DNA of 64,000 bases from an uncultured cyanobacterium (GTDB lineage: Bacteria; Cyanobacteriota; Cyanobacteriia; CAKZMO01): contig CAVRCJ010000008.1 of NCBI GenBank assembly GCA_963719515.1, positions 32,001 through 96,000 on the forward strand, read 5' to 3'. The position numbers and the translations under genes were made by a program. Every line of letters begins with the position of its first letter. Position 1 is the first letter of the stretch. Under the pieces are notes generated by a model. The model did no database searches, was not told where the DNA came from, and worked only from the letters and a program-made list of their open reading frames with translations. This document shows, one piece after another, positions 10,337 to 20,968 of this stretch.

Positions 10337-10449
10337 GTAGGTTGGGTTGGAGCGATCGCGAAACCCAGCAAATTCAAGACATTAGTAAGTTTTTCGGGAT
10401 ATTTGATGACAATATCGGTGTTGGGTTTCCCTGCATCAACCCAACCTAC
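10337..10449. repeat. Inverted REP doublet (REPIN-like), GTAG-type cyanobacterial REP
   Basis: gtaggttgggttggagcgatcgcgaaacccagca (10337-10370) and inverted tgttgggtttccctgcatcaacccaacctac (10419-10449); partial third copy at 10473. Confidence 0.75.
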
Positions 10450-10850
10450 GGTGATTTGCTCGCCGAAAAGACGTAGGTTGGAGCGGTCAAAGGTAGGGGT
10501 CCCAGGGGCCGACGACTGGTTCGCCACTTTTCTCTTTTTTGGCGAGTTCGAGGTTGAGGGTGAGGAGTTTTTCGAGGATGTCGTCGTTGGGGCTGAAGCC
10601 GTAGGCAGCTAGTACCAGCGCGTCGAGCTGTTTGTGGAGTTTGTAGAGCTGGCTGGCGGGTTCATCAAAGTAGGCGTTGTAGAGTTTGGTGATGCCCCAC
10701 TGTTTTTGCTCCATTTGCTGGCTGCGGTAGTCGTGGAGTTCGAGGGCTTTAGCGCGGATATTTTGGACGGCCTTTTGGGTGGGAGTTTGAGGGAAGGGGA
10801 AGGTTTCGAAGCAAGTTGTGTTTGTATATCGAGTATCACTTTTCAAAGTA

Positions 10851-12007
10851 TAGCAATCCTGTTTGATTTATGAGAAGGAGCCATACCTGTGCAGTTTGGG
10901 GAAATCGAAGGTGTCCAACCTGAAGAACTGCTCAAACAGGGCTTTGAGTGCCGGAAACGATGGACACAACCCAGACATCCGCCTAAGCCAGGTCTTGCCT
11001 TGAAGCCAAGCATCTTCAATAGGGTTCTGAGTCGGGTCATTGGGGTCAAAACGAACACAGTGAATCTTCCATTCTTCTTGCGTAAGCCCCTCGTTCACCT
11101 GGGCTAAATACTCCTTAAGCTCGCCAGAGCGATGATAGCTGGCCCCATCCCAAAGAATGAGTAACCGCTGGTGGGGAAACTGAGCTTGTAAAGACTTCAG
11201 GTAAGCAATGGTACAAGCGGTGTTGCCCTTCTCATGCGCTTCGATAAATAACCGCTTGCTCACTAGGTCCACTGCCCCGTAGTAGGTTTGGCGCTCTCGC
11301 TCATTGACAACCGGCACTACCACCCGCTCATCAGTTCGCCCCCAAACATATCCTTGTAGGTCACCGCTCAGAAGGTGACACTCATCAAAGAACAGCACCC
11401 TCAGCTGCCCTTTGGCAATCGCCTCGCGGTAGAGCGCCAGCAGAGCGCAGATTTCGGCTTTTTTGCTGCCACCGCCTTAGCGTCCGCCTTGGGGTTGACC
11501 TTGCCGCTCTTCTTCCAGCTGATGCCAGCAGCCTCAAACAGGTCGTAGTAGCTTTGCTTCGACTCGTAGGCCACATCGTACACCTCAGCCAAGTGGTGCT
11601 CCAATTCGCTCAACTCCCAAATCGCCTTTTGCTGTAACCAGCTCAGCACCGCTGCCTTCTGCTGGGTCTCTAGATAGCTTTTTCGGCCCTTGTGCTGGGG
11701 CTTAAAGCCAGCTACGCCCCAGCTTTCGTAAGCTTGTTTCCAGTTGCTCACTGCACCCATCGATACATCGAGTATCCCGACGATCGCCTCATACCTATAG
11801 CCTTGGTAGAACAGCTTCACCGCTAGTGCCTTTTTCACTTGCCTGCCATCTCGTTGTTGACGGATGAAGGCTTTGAGCTCCTCCACTGCAGCAGTTTTAT
11901 TAGGTTTAGCGGGTGTCGTTAGCATTGCTCAGGGCCTCTCAGTATCAGCGCTTTAGTCTCCTCCGTAATTATACTGGCCCTACTCCACGAATCACCTCGG
12001 ATTGCTA
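10851..12007 (-). mobile_element. IS630-family insertion sequence, 1157 bp
   Basis: Terminal IRs tagcaatcc...tgatt at both ends; TA duplication at 10849-10850 and 12008-12009. Confidence 0.93.
10868..11925 (-). CDS. IS630 transposase (HTH ORF 11401-11925 + DDE ORF 10868-11398) joined by -1 frameshift
   Basis: FFDECH, WDGASYH and NPIEDAW catalytic motifs; A_AAA_AAG slippery heptamer at 11458-11464. Confidence 0.9.
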
Positions 12008-14462
12008 TAGAGCATTGGGCAGATATCCACAACCGGTGGTGTTCGGATGTAAGAATTCCCAGAATATAGAAGTCATTGGTTGCAACGACTGCAGTGGAGT
12101 CTCCTAGCAGGAAGTTACAGCTTGCAGGGCAAAATATGAACCACTTTGAATGTCTAGGAGTAGCAAAGTAGAAGTTGACATCCTTTAGAGCTTTTCTCAT
12201 GTCTGAACGAATTCGCCAATACTTCCACCAGTTCAAAATAGCCCATTCATCTTTAACCTTGCCTCTCTGAGGCTTGACATACTTCCTGACATGCGAAAAA
12301 GGCATGAAATAATTACTCGCCTCTTCCAGAGGCAAATTGTCAAAGTCTATGATCCATCTTTGAGGTTCAAAGTTTGGACTTGCTGTCAAGCTACGAGCAT
12401 CGATAAAAGGCTTAACAACAACTTTGTTTTTTGGCTCTATCGACAGCCACTTGCTTGCTTCTTCAGAATCAATAATGAAATGCTTTCCTCGAGGCTCAAC
12501 TCCTTTGAAGCATAGATTCAAATTTGATTTGAGCCGAGACGAAACTCCTGCAATATTGATTCTGGATTCAAAAGAGGAATTGATTTGAGAGACTATTTTA
12601 TTGTCTAAGTATAATTCCTTTGAATCACTCTTTGACCAATTGACAATACTGACATGTACTTTTGCTTCGCCAGACCAAGGCTGAGTCGAGATGGCCTCGT
12701 GTATAACACCCTCGTGTCTCAATAAATAATCTAGAGAAGCTGTGCGGGCTAGTCCTTGACTAATTGAATTTGTACCTACGAGTCCAGCTCTTTCCAGGCC
12801 TTCGATATTTTCGTGCGCCAGTCTAAACCAATAGATGCAAAGATCTACTTTGTCTTTGACTTCAGGAAACACCTCACAGACCTTCTCGACGTATTCGTCT
12901 CCTAAGTCTGTCTTCATTCGAGATCTACCAAGGAAAGGTGGATTCCCAATAATCGCATCCGCCTTAGGCCACTCCGTGAACAGCGCATCTGCGCAAACAA
13001 TATTCTTATCCAACGTATCCAACGGCAGCGCCGGCTCAAACAACCCCAGCCGATCGATCGCCACCTTCCGCGCAATCATCAGCGTCACCCGCGCCAGCTC
13101 CACCGCAAACGGATTATTATCAATGCCAAAAAACTGATTCGGCGTAATGAACCCCATCTGCATCTGTTCTCGGGGCGATCGCCGTCGCTCAGCAATCTTC
13201 TCCAGCAGCATTTGCTCAATCTGCTTCAGCTCCTGGTAGGCGATGTACAAAAAATTCCCCGACCCACAGGCCGGGTCCAGCACCCGATACGCCTGCAGCT
13301 CAAGCTGTAGCTTCTCCAATTCCCCAATCGTGCCCGCCGCCTCAATCCGCTCCTCCCAATAGCGAGAAATCGTCGGGCGCACAATTTTCATAATGTCCGC
13401 CTCCGCCGTGTAGTGGATGCCGTGGGCGTGACGCTCTTTCTCATCAATGGCCGACTCAAAGACGTTGCCGAAGATTGCCGGACGCACCATGCTCCAGTCC
13501 TCAATCGCCGACACCTCTAAAAACTTCAGCTCTTCCTTGGTTAGCTCCAGCGGGTGAATCTCAGCGAACAGCCCCCCGTTGAAATAGTCCACCCCCTGGA
13601 AGCGACCCACTGGCGTCATCCCCGGCGTATTCATCGCCTGGAACAGGCCCCGCAGCACATCATACGAACTCTCGCCGCTCTCCAAACAGTCCTTCACGCA
13701 GCGCAGAAAAATGCTGTGGGGCAGCAGCTTCCGGTCTTCGGCGAACATGGCCAGCACGCACTGCAGCACAAACCGCTGCGCCACCAGCGTATCTATCCCT
13801 CGCTTTTTCAGCTCCACCAGCAGCTCACCCATCTGCCGCGCCGCCGTCTCCGTCACCTCCACCTGGTTATTGCGAAACACCGGCTCGCGGTTCACCTTTT
13901 CCATAAAGGCGAAGGTCTCCACCTGCTGCGGCAGCTGCTCCAGCGTTATTGTGTCTACCGGCGTATCGATCTGAGTGTCAAAGTCGTAAATCCAAAACTC
14001 GTCAAAATTGCACAGCATCACATAGCGGGGCCGGTTGGGCACCGCCCGCTGCCAGTAATCAAACGCCTGAGAGTAATGCTTGCCGAGCTTCTCCCCACGC
14101 TTCTTCATCTCAATCAATACGCGGGGCTTCCACACCAAGTCAGCAAAGCCCGTCTTGCCGGTTTTGCTGCCCTTTTTGATGCGTTGCTCGTATTCTGCGC
14201 CCGCCTCAAGCGCCCCCTCATGGCCGAAGGCGCGGAAAAAACGGTCTAGAAACGTTTGTGCCTCTCCCTTCTCATCCCCCCGGATATGCTGGTCGCAGAA
14301 ATTGACAAAATCCTGGAGGCGCTCGGAGGTGGAGGACACAGATTGGCTAGACGTTTAGTGAGGTGTGGTGCCTACAGTTCTAGCAGATTTCTACAGGGGC
14401 TTCACTCAGGCAACGTAAGCGATCGCCTAGCGGCAGCGCAGCCTAAGCAACTCGCAGGCGGC

Positions 14463-15092
14463 CTAAGCCAAGACAGTCCCTACCAAACAGGCATCCCCAA
14501 AACTCGCTCCCGACAGCGTCACGCCATGTAGGTCAGCGCAGAGCAGATTGGCCCCGTCCAGAGCCGCCCCCGCCAAATCTGCACCTCTCAAGTCAGCCTC
14601 CTCCAAATTTGCGCCGTTGAGAATCGCTCCCTTAAGATTAGCCTGACTGAGGTTGGCCCCCTTAAGGTTAGCGCCATTGAGATTCGCCCCCCGTAGGTCG
14701 GCGCTGCGCAGGTCGACGCCAGAAAGGTTGACCCCCATCAGCGTCGCGCCGCTGAGGAACGCCGCCGCAAAATTGGTGTGCTTGAGGCTCGACTGCATGA
14801 GATTGGCCCCCCGCAGGTTGGCCCCCCGCAGATCGGCGCTCGTCAGATTGACCTGCATGAGGTTGGCCCCCAGGAGGTTGGCCCGCAAATCTGCCCCAAT
14901 ACATTGGCACCCCACCATATTCGCCCCTTCAAGCCGAGCGCCATTGAGAATGGCGTAGCTCAGGTCCGCCCCCGTGAGCAGGGCTCCCGCCAAATTAGCG
15001 CGGCTGAGATCTACTTTGACCAAGTCCTGGTCTTCAAGCCGCGCCCCCGGCAGTTCCGTCAGCTGCCCCGCTCGTATCGCCTCAATATTCAT
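14463..15092 (-). CDS. Pentapeptide repeat protein
   Basis: Continuous A(D/N)LxG repeats. Confidence 0.95.
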   Translation of the reverse strand: MNIEAIRAGQLTELPGARLEDQDLVKVDLSRANLAGALLTGADLSYAILNGARLEGANMVGCQCIGADLRANLLGANLMQVNLTSADLRGANLRGANLMQSSLKHTNFAAAFLSGATLMGVNLSGVDLRSADLRGANLNGANLKGANLSQANLKGAILNGANLEEADLRGADLAGAALDGANLLCADLHGVTLSGASFGDACLVGTVLA

Positions 15093-15269
15093 ACGTCGTT
15101 CTTCAATGTCATCTGCATTGTGCTAGGGATAATCTCTACCAGCGCGAAAGCGATCGCTTCAGACCATGAGCCAACAGACGCCCTGGCTAGCCGTACTGTA
15201 TCATCTAACACGAATCGTTATCTGACGCCGATAGCTTGAGAAATCGCGAGCAGGGCAGACGCCGCCGAC

Positions 15270-16721
15270 CTACCGTACCGTTAGCGTCGGTTCGGCAAAT
15301 TCAGCGTCGTCGTCCAGTAGCCAGAGGCCAGAGGCAATTTTGGGAGCCGTTACCGACAAGCTCAATCCTTGGCGCAGGCCATTCACCAGCAGGGTTAAGA
15401 TCTCAACGAGCTTTGGATCCCATCGTCCCTCCTCCTCAGTGCAGACCTCAAGAGCGCGGCCCAGCGCATCGGCGTCCAGGTTTTTGCCAAAGCGATCGCC
15501 CTCGGAGGTCGCCTGCTGCTCTGCGAGCCGGGTTTGAAAGGCACTGGCCAGCCCCAGAATTCTCGACTCCACCGGAATCGCATCGCCCTCCAGTCGAGCG
15601 GGCAGGCCCGAGCCGTTCCACCACTCGGTGTAGTGGGTGATGATAGCGGCGATCGCCCTGAGGCGCGGCATGGTTCGCAGCACCTGCGTCCCTGGATTGA
15701 GGGGACAGAATAGTCCGCTTGCCGCCGTCTCCTCTTCTAGCCGAGGGGCCGGGGCAATAGGGTCGTCTATATTCTTCAGAAACGCCAGCCGATGCAGCAG
15801 TCCCGCAAGCCGCAGCCGGTGAAGCTGCCAGCCGGGCAGATCGAGAAGCTGTCCTATCGCTTCAGACAGCGCCGCCACTTCAGCCGCCGCCATGGGATTT
15901 CTCATGTCGGCCTGGTCCATGATTTGGGCCAGCCGCAAAAAGGCCTGTAGCTTGTTGGAAACCAGATTGCTCGCTAGAGGTTCGGCGCTATCGGGGTCAA
16001 TGATAGCGAGATCCGTATCGGGCGCAGCGGTGTGGGTATCTTCAGCGGTCTGCAGATAATCGACGACCCGATATACGATATCGCCTAGGTGAAGCGTAGT
16101 GTCGGGGGCGCGGCTCATATCAGCGCCAAAGGCATCAGCCGTACGCTCAATCTGCGTCACCAGAGCGTTGTGTAGCGCCTCGTCATACTTGCGCACGTGG
16201 TCGGCGGCTAGCCTAGCCGTCTCCAGCACGAGGCCCGGCTCAAACGTCCAGAACCCGTAGAACTTCCGCTCTAAGTCCGTCGTTGGCTCACCTAAGGCCC
16301 GGTAGTCCTGCGAGGAAAGCTCTTGGCAGAGCACCATCGCGGTGTAGGTCGGCGACAAGATGATCAAGTGCCACTCTTGAGCCACCGGATCATCGTCGCT
16401 GAGGCTGACCAAATCGACGTTGGGCCTTTGACCCGTTGGATGGTCGTGGAAGCCTGCATCTGGGGAGGCCATGATGACAATGCGCTGAGCCTCCTCGGCG
16501 ATCTCACCGTAGCGATCGGCCTCCTGGAGGTACCACTGCCCCCGCTGGAATGCGGTGATCACCAGTGGGTCGCTGTCGATCGTAAGGATGGAGTCTTCTA
16601 GCGCATGACAGAGCGCCACTAGGGTGTTTTTGTAGTAGACGCCGAAATTGAGCGATTGCTGCCCGTCGGCGCTTCCCTGATGGGCCTCTCTGAGTTTCTG
16701 TAGAATCGAACCGCTGAGCAT
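15270..16721 (-). CDS. DICT sensory domain + degenerate HD-GYP-like domain protein
   Basis: YYKNTLVALCHALED / AFQ.G.WY.QEADRY / QEWHLI (DICT); RLAGLLHR, EWWNGSGLP, IPVESRIL, WDPKLV (HD-GYP-like). Confidence 0.8.
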   Translation of the reverse strand: MLSGSILQKLREAHQGSADGQQSLNFGVYYKNTLVALCHALEDSILTIDSDPLVITAFQRGQWYLQEADRYGEIAEEAQRIVIMASPDAGFHDHPTGQRPNVDLVSLSDDDPVAQEWHLIILSPTYTAMVLCQELSSQDYRALGEPTTDLERKFYGFWTFEPGLVLETARLAADHVRKYDEALHNALVTQIERTADAFGADMSRAPDTTLHLGDIVYRVVDYLQTAEDTHTAAPDTDLAIIDPDSAEPLASNLVSNKLQAFLRLAQIMDQADMRNPMAAAEVAALSEAIGQLLDLPGWQLHRLRLAGLLHRLAFLKNIDDPIAPAPRLEEETAASGLFCPLNPGTQVLRTMPRLRAIAAIITHYTEWWNGSGLPARLEGDAIPVESRILGLASAFQTRLAEQQATSEGDRFGKNLDADALGRALEVCTEEEGRWDPKLVEILTLLVNGLRQGLSLSVTAPKIASGLWLLDDDAEFAEPTLTVR

Positions 16722-16844
16722 AAGGTGTTGAGTATAGGGTGGGTATTAAAGAAAGGCTTTTATGGTTTGGTGAGGTGCTACGGCCTCGAGGTAGGAAAGG
16801 CCTGCAGCACGCTGAGCTGAGGCATCTGAGTGAGGCATACAGGT

Positions 16845-18485
16845 CTACGACACGGCGGTGAGTTCGCGGGGCTGGTGAGTGATGGGAGCCGACAGCGCCT
16901 CTTCTAGGTCGGATCGCCCCAAGGTCTCCTCTAATAGTGCCATGACCTCGCGACCAAAGTCTTTGGGGTTGCGCTGCCAAGCCTGTAAACAAATGTCACC
17001 AAAGAAAGAGCCCATGGGTTCCGGGTTCCACAGCAGCTTCTTCGCTGTCCAGGGCATCATGCTCATGGGGTTGTAGTCAGGCTTGAGAATATCCTGCTTA
17101 AAGGCGTACTGCTCTAAGTGGGTGTGGGGCTGCAGGCCGATGAAGAAAATGGCGGGCTCTACCTTGTCTGCGCCAAACACTTCTTCTAAAGCGCGATGGT
17201 AGGCCACGGTTTGGCGGATAGTCTCGGGGCGCTCGTCGATGACGTTAAAGGAGTAGTTGACGGAGACCGTATCGTTGAACCCCGCCGCCTTGAGATCGCG
17301 GCAGTTGTTCAGCACGGTTCTCAGGTTGTAGCCCATGCGCATCTTGCGGACAAGCTCTTGAGAGCCGCTGGTGATGCCGATTTCAAAGTAATTCATGCCG
17401 GTCTGCACCATCAGCTCGCACAGCCTTGGGGTGAGGTTGTCGGCGCGGATGTAGGCGGCCCAGTGGATGTCATCCATGCCCGCCGCCAGAACTTTTTCCA
17501 GCAGCTCTACGGCGTCATCAATGTAGCGTCGCGCCGGAATGAACTGAGCGTCGGTGAACCAAAAGTTGCGGATGCCGCGAGCGTAGAGCTGCTGCATCTC
17601 ATTGACCACCTCGTCAGCGGGATTGATGCGCACCTGCTTGCCCTCCACCACGGTGTAGATGCAGTAGCAGCAGTTGTGGGGGCAGCCCCGCTTGGTCTGC
17701 ACGCCCACGTAAAAGTCCTGCTCTTGGAGGTAGTAGTCAAATTCGGGCCAGATGGTCTCGATGTAGTCGTAGCGGCAGGCCGACTTCTCTAGCGGTGCGG
17801 GGCTCTCGTGAATCATGCGATCGCGAGGCTGAGTTTCCCCAGCGACGTAGCAGCGCTCGCCGCTAAAATCCTCGCCCTTGAGCAATTTCTCCAGCAGCAG
17901 CTCCCCTTCCCCCACTGAGACGACGGTGCCTTTGGGAAGGCGATCGCACATCTGCTCATAGAACACGCTCACCGCGCCGCCCCCAACCACGGCCCGCACC
18001 TGAGGGACATAGCGCTGGGCCCGCTCAAGTCCCCGGCGAATTAGGCCAAGGTTACGCCACAGCTCGGTGTAGTAGGCGGTCGTCACCCGCAGGCCGCCGA
18101 AAGCCCCCCGCAGTTTCACGAGGGGATTGCGGGCGTAGTAAAACTCGAAGGCGTTCTGCAGCGGGTTGCCGCCCCGTCCGCCGACCGGCGCGTAGATCTG
18201 AATGTCTCGCCAGGAGAATACCAGCAGCGTCGGCTTAAACTCGTCCACACAGCGATCCAAGGCACCAGAAAAATCAAGCGGCGGCACGGTTCCCAGATCG
18301 AAAATGCGCTGCGCTGCCTGCGGAACGGCCTTGTGGACATGGTCCGCTAGGTAGACAACGCCAATTGGGAAAATGGGGTTGCAGGGAAGCCGGACGTACA
18401 GGACACGGTGATGCTGCAGCTTTGCAGCGTCAGTCTGAGCGGCGTGAGGGGTATTCTGGTCGGAGGGAGTGGGGGAAAGAGCCAT
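16845..18485 (-). CDS. Radical SAM protein, photosystem II high-light acclimation type (Slr0320-like)
   Basis: RGCPHNCCYC CxxxCxxC motif; N-terminal LYVRLPCNPIFPIGVVYLAD; likely start ATG 18485. Confidence 0.88.
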   Translation of the reverse strand: MALSPTPSDQNTPHAAQTDAAKLQHHRVLYVRLPCNPIFPIGVVYLADHVHKAVPQAAQRIFDLGTVPPLDFSGALDRCVDEFKPTLLVFSWRDIQIYAPVGGRGGNPLQNAFEFYYARNPLVKLRGAFGGLRVTTAYYTELWRNLGLIRRGLERAQRYVPQVRAVVGGGAVSVFYEQMCDRLPKGTVVSVGEGELLLEKLLKGEDFSGERCYVAGETQPRDRMIHESPAPLEKSACRYDYIETIWPEFDYYLQEQDFYVGVQTKRGCPHNCCYCIYTVVEGKQVRINPADEVVNEMQQLYARGIRNFWFTDAQFIPARRYIDDAVELLEKVLAAGMDDIHWAAYIRADNLTPRLCELMVQTGMNYFEIGITSGSQELVRKMRMGYNLRTVLNNCRDLKAAGFNDTVSVNYSFNVIDERPETIRQTVAYHRALEEVFGADKVEPAIFFIGLQPHTHLEQYAFKQDILKPDYNPMSMMPWTAKKLLWNPEPMGSFFGDICLQAWQRNPKDFGREVMALLEETLGRSDLEEALSAPITHQPRELTAVS

Positions 18486-18953
18486 AGTCTGTATGAGGTG
18501 ACCTGAGGCTGACTTAACGGCAAGTGGGCTAGCTGGAGGCTGGCGACGCCTCCAGCTGTGCGAATTTTCTGATAATATTTCACATAACTTTACGATACCA
18601 CCTGCGTCCTTAACCTGCATCCCTTTTCCCGAACAGAATATGGCAGGGTGTAAAGTTTTACCGCCTTTGCAGCGGTGTCTTGCGATATGTTTCGACATAC
18701 GGAGAGCAGGGTTGTCCTCAGCCGGCTTCCTGAGTGACCAAGGCCCTATCCACGCTGCGCTGCGGTCAGCATTAGGGCCAGGTGAAGAAGATTTCGCTGC
18801 AGGAGACCTATCTTTTTGAGTAGATTTGTTAAATGTGAGCGGTAGAAATTAGACTTGGTAGTCGGATTTACAACTATCCGGGATCGCCTAGTGTTAACGT
18901 TTCATTAGGCATTTATACGTCCGCATTAAAGCTTCACACATTAACATAAGGTT

Positions 18954-19346
18954 ATGGCACAAGTTTTTGATCCCGTTCCATCCGATCACCCGAGCCGCAT
19001 CCTCTGCTGCTACATCAACGCCACCAGCAAGATTCAGATCGTCCGCATTACCAACGTCGTGAACTGGTATTTCGAGCGCGTCGTTTTTCCTGGGCAGCGG
19101 CTTGTCTTCGAGGCGCTAGCCTCTGCTCAGCTTGAGGTTCATTCGGGCGCGATGGCGAGCGCCATTCTATCCGACACGATTCCTTGCCAGCGACTGCAGG
19201 TCAGCACGGGAGAGTCGGAGCAAAATTTCGCGCCCCCCCAGCCCGCTGCCCCAGAATCCGCTGCCCCAGCGCCGCCTAGCTCAGAAGACCAGCCGCGAGC
19301 CTCTCACAATATGCCGGCGGCCCGTGCGGTCTACCAGTCTGTGTAG
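18954..19346 (+). CDS. DUF1830 domain protein
   Basis: CCYINATSKIQIVRITN...YFERVVFPGQRLVFEA...LEVH signature. Confidence 0.85.
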   Translation: MAQVFDPVPSDHPSRILCCYINATSKIQIVRITNVVNWYFERVVFPGQRLVFEALASAQLEVHSGAMASAILSDTIPCQRLQVSTGESEQNFAPPQPAAPESAAPAPPSSEDQPRASHNMPAARAVYQSV

Positions 19347-19420
19347 AGGGCGACGGCAGCTGCTGGCCCCACAAGCTGAGAAGGGCTCATGCTAGGCTTG
19401 ACTAATGAGTTTAATGTGAT

Positions 19421-19855
19421 TTGCCCTTGGACTTACCCTCTTTTATCTGGCTCTGGCGCATAGCGGCTTGGTCCATGGGGCTAGCCGTGTGCGCCTACTT
19501 CGTTTTGGCAGCTACTGGAGGCTGGATCTGGATCCGTCAGGGCCTGCTGCGCTCCCAATGGCTGAAGCTGCTTCACTACGGCACCGGCATCTGCCTTGTG
19601 GCTCTGGTGCTGCTTTTGCTGGGAATTGGAATCGTAGGAACGCTTGGCGAGTATGGTTCCCTTGGGCATTCCGTACATCTGCTGGCGGGGCTTGTGGTGG
19701 TTGCGCTGGTGCTGCTATCGGCCTGGAGCGCCAGTCAGATTGGGGGCAATCGCTGGGCCCGGCGGCTGCATGTCTCCATCAACGCAGTTTTGTTTGCGGC
19801 AATGGCGACCGTGTCTTGGACGGGGTGGTCTGTGGTTCAAAAGTATTTACCGTAG
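19421..19855 (+). CDS. DUF4079 family membrane protein
   Basis: LDLPSFIWLWRIAAWSMG; His-bearing TM helices; ends VVQKYLP. Confidence 0.8.
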   Translation: MPLDLPSFIWLWRIAAWSMGLAVCAYFVLAATGGWIWIRQGLLRSQWLKLLHYGTGICLVALVLLLLGIGIVGTLGEYGSLGHSVHLLAGLVVVALVLLSAWSASQIGGNRWARRLHVSINAVLFAAMATVSWTGWSVVQKYLP

Positions 19856-19864
19856 GGAAGCGCG

Positions 19865-20473
19865 ATGGGCAAGAGTAATGGCGATCGCCGCATCTTTAAC
19901 TTATCCCCCCTCATCCGCATAACGCTGCTCGGCCTCTACGCCGCGCTGCTGCTTCCTCTACCCATACTCGCTCAGGCTACCGCAGCGCCCCTATCTCCCG
20001 CGCTGCTGACGCTGGGCGTCCTTGCGGGGGCCGTGCTTCTCTACGCGGCCCTCTCGGAGCGCGTGCTCGTCGATGAGGCGGGGATTCAGGTGGTTTATGC
20101 CGCGTGGGTTCCCAGCCTCTGGCGCTCGGGCTGGTCGCTGCGGTGGCAGGACATCAAGGCGCTCAAGCCTCGCTCTACTGGTCAGGGAGGCATTGTGTAC
20201 TACTTTGTTGCTCAGCCGGACGCTGGCAATAGCAACAGCACTACAGAGCCGGTCTCTGAGCAGCGGGCCTATCTTTTGCCTATGCGAGTAGCTGGCTTTG
20301 CTGAGCTGGTGCGCTACGTACAGGCTCAAACCGATATTGACATGACGGACGTCCGCCCGCTGGCCCAGCCCTGGATGTACCTGATTTTGCTGAGCTTTAC
20401 GCTGGTGTTAATGCTGATTGACGGCTGGGTGGTTTGGATGGCCCTATCTCATCAGCTTCCCATGCCCCTTTAG
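19865..20473 (+). CDS. Conserved cyanobacterial membrane protein
   Basis: LSPLIRITL, PRSTGQGGIVYYF, DVRPLAQPWMY motifs. Confidence 0.75.
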   Translation: MGKSNGDRRIFNLSPLIRITLLGLYAALLLPLPILAQATAAPLSPALLTLGVLAGAVLLYAALSERVLVDEAGIQVVYAAWVPSLWRSGWSLRWQDIKALKPRSTGQGGIVYYFVAQPDAGNSNSTTEPVSEQRAYLLPMRVAGFAELVRYVQAQTDIDMTDVRPLAQPWMYLILLSFTLVLMLIDGWVVWMALSHQLPMPL

Positions 20474-20518
20474 AGGGCGCGCCGGGCTGGGCTAGCCCTA
20501 TGGTTGGTGCTGGCTGCT

Positions 20519-20968
20519 CTATTCGACGTGGCGCTTGCTGATTAGTAGGCAGTTGCGCTGGTCTGGAACCCGCGTATATTCAATCGTGTCCGCAATTCGC
20601 TTCATTAGCCCTAGCCCTCGCCCTCCCGCCGCCTCCTGGTTGAGCTTGAGGGATGCCTGCTCGATGTAGTCGTCAAAGTTGAATCCTGGACCGTGATCCC
20701 AGATACGAATTTCGAAAATATCGTCATAGATGCGAATTTCAATTTCTACCGGCGTCTCGGGGGGCTTACCCTCGTGAGCGTGGCGTACCGCATTGGTAAA
20801 TCCCTCTGCTAAGGCAAGCTGGCAGGGAAGCCAGACGGAGTGCGGAAGAACTGGATCCTGAAATTGATCAAACCACGAGAGGACCCGGGGCAGCGCGTTT
20901 AGATCGGTGGAGACCTGGATAGACGATTTCTGAGACAGCTTCAACGGTGCACATTCCTCACTATGCAT
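20519..20968 (-). CDS. RsbW-like anti-sigma factor / Ser kinase (HmpW-like)
   Basis: LALAEGFTNAVRHA, IWDHGPGF, GGRGL GHKL motifs; start uncertain. Confidence 0.85.
   Translation of the reverse strand: MHSEECAPLKLSQKSSIQVSTDLNALPRVLSWFDQFQDPVLPHSVWLPCQLALAEGFTNAVRHAHEGKPPETPVEIEIRIYDDIFEIRIWDHGPGFNFDDYIEQASLKLNQEAAGGRGLGLMKRIADTIEYTRVPDQRNCLLISKRHVE

Larger units (their letters stand above)
10487..14339 (-). pseudogene. MmeI/YeeA-like type IIL/IIG restriction-modification enzyme (nuclease + N6-adenine MTase + TRD), interrupted by IS630
   Basis: FADLVWKPRVLIEMKK (PD-(D/E)xK), LDPACGSGNFL (motif I), GNPPF (motif IV), C-terminal RYTNTTCFETFPFP. Removing the IS and one TA gives in-frame ...AQCSTLKSDTRY..., ~897 aa. 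Confidence 0.92.

Noticed and set aside
10207..10527. 106-aa minus ORF and overlapping plus ORFs
   Set aside because: They run through the REP doublet; better explained as non-coding repeat DNA
11919..12007. C-terminal tail 'IAIRGDSWSR…' of the 806-aa RM ORF
   Set aside because: Read-through into the IS630 end; the true C-terminus is at 10487-10848
9650..14460. Prophage or integrative element at psbA
   Set aside because: No integrase, att repeats or phage structural genes seen; only an RM gene, an IS and a REP
18486..18698. N-terminal extension of the radical SAM ORF
   Set aside because: Promoter-like AT-rich sequence; conserved part begins after ATG 18485
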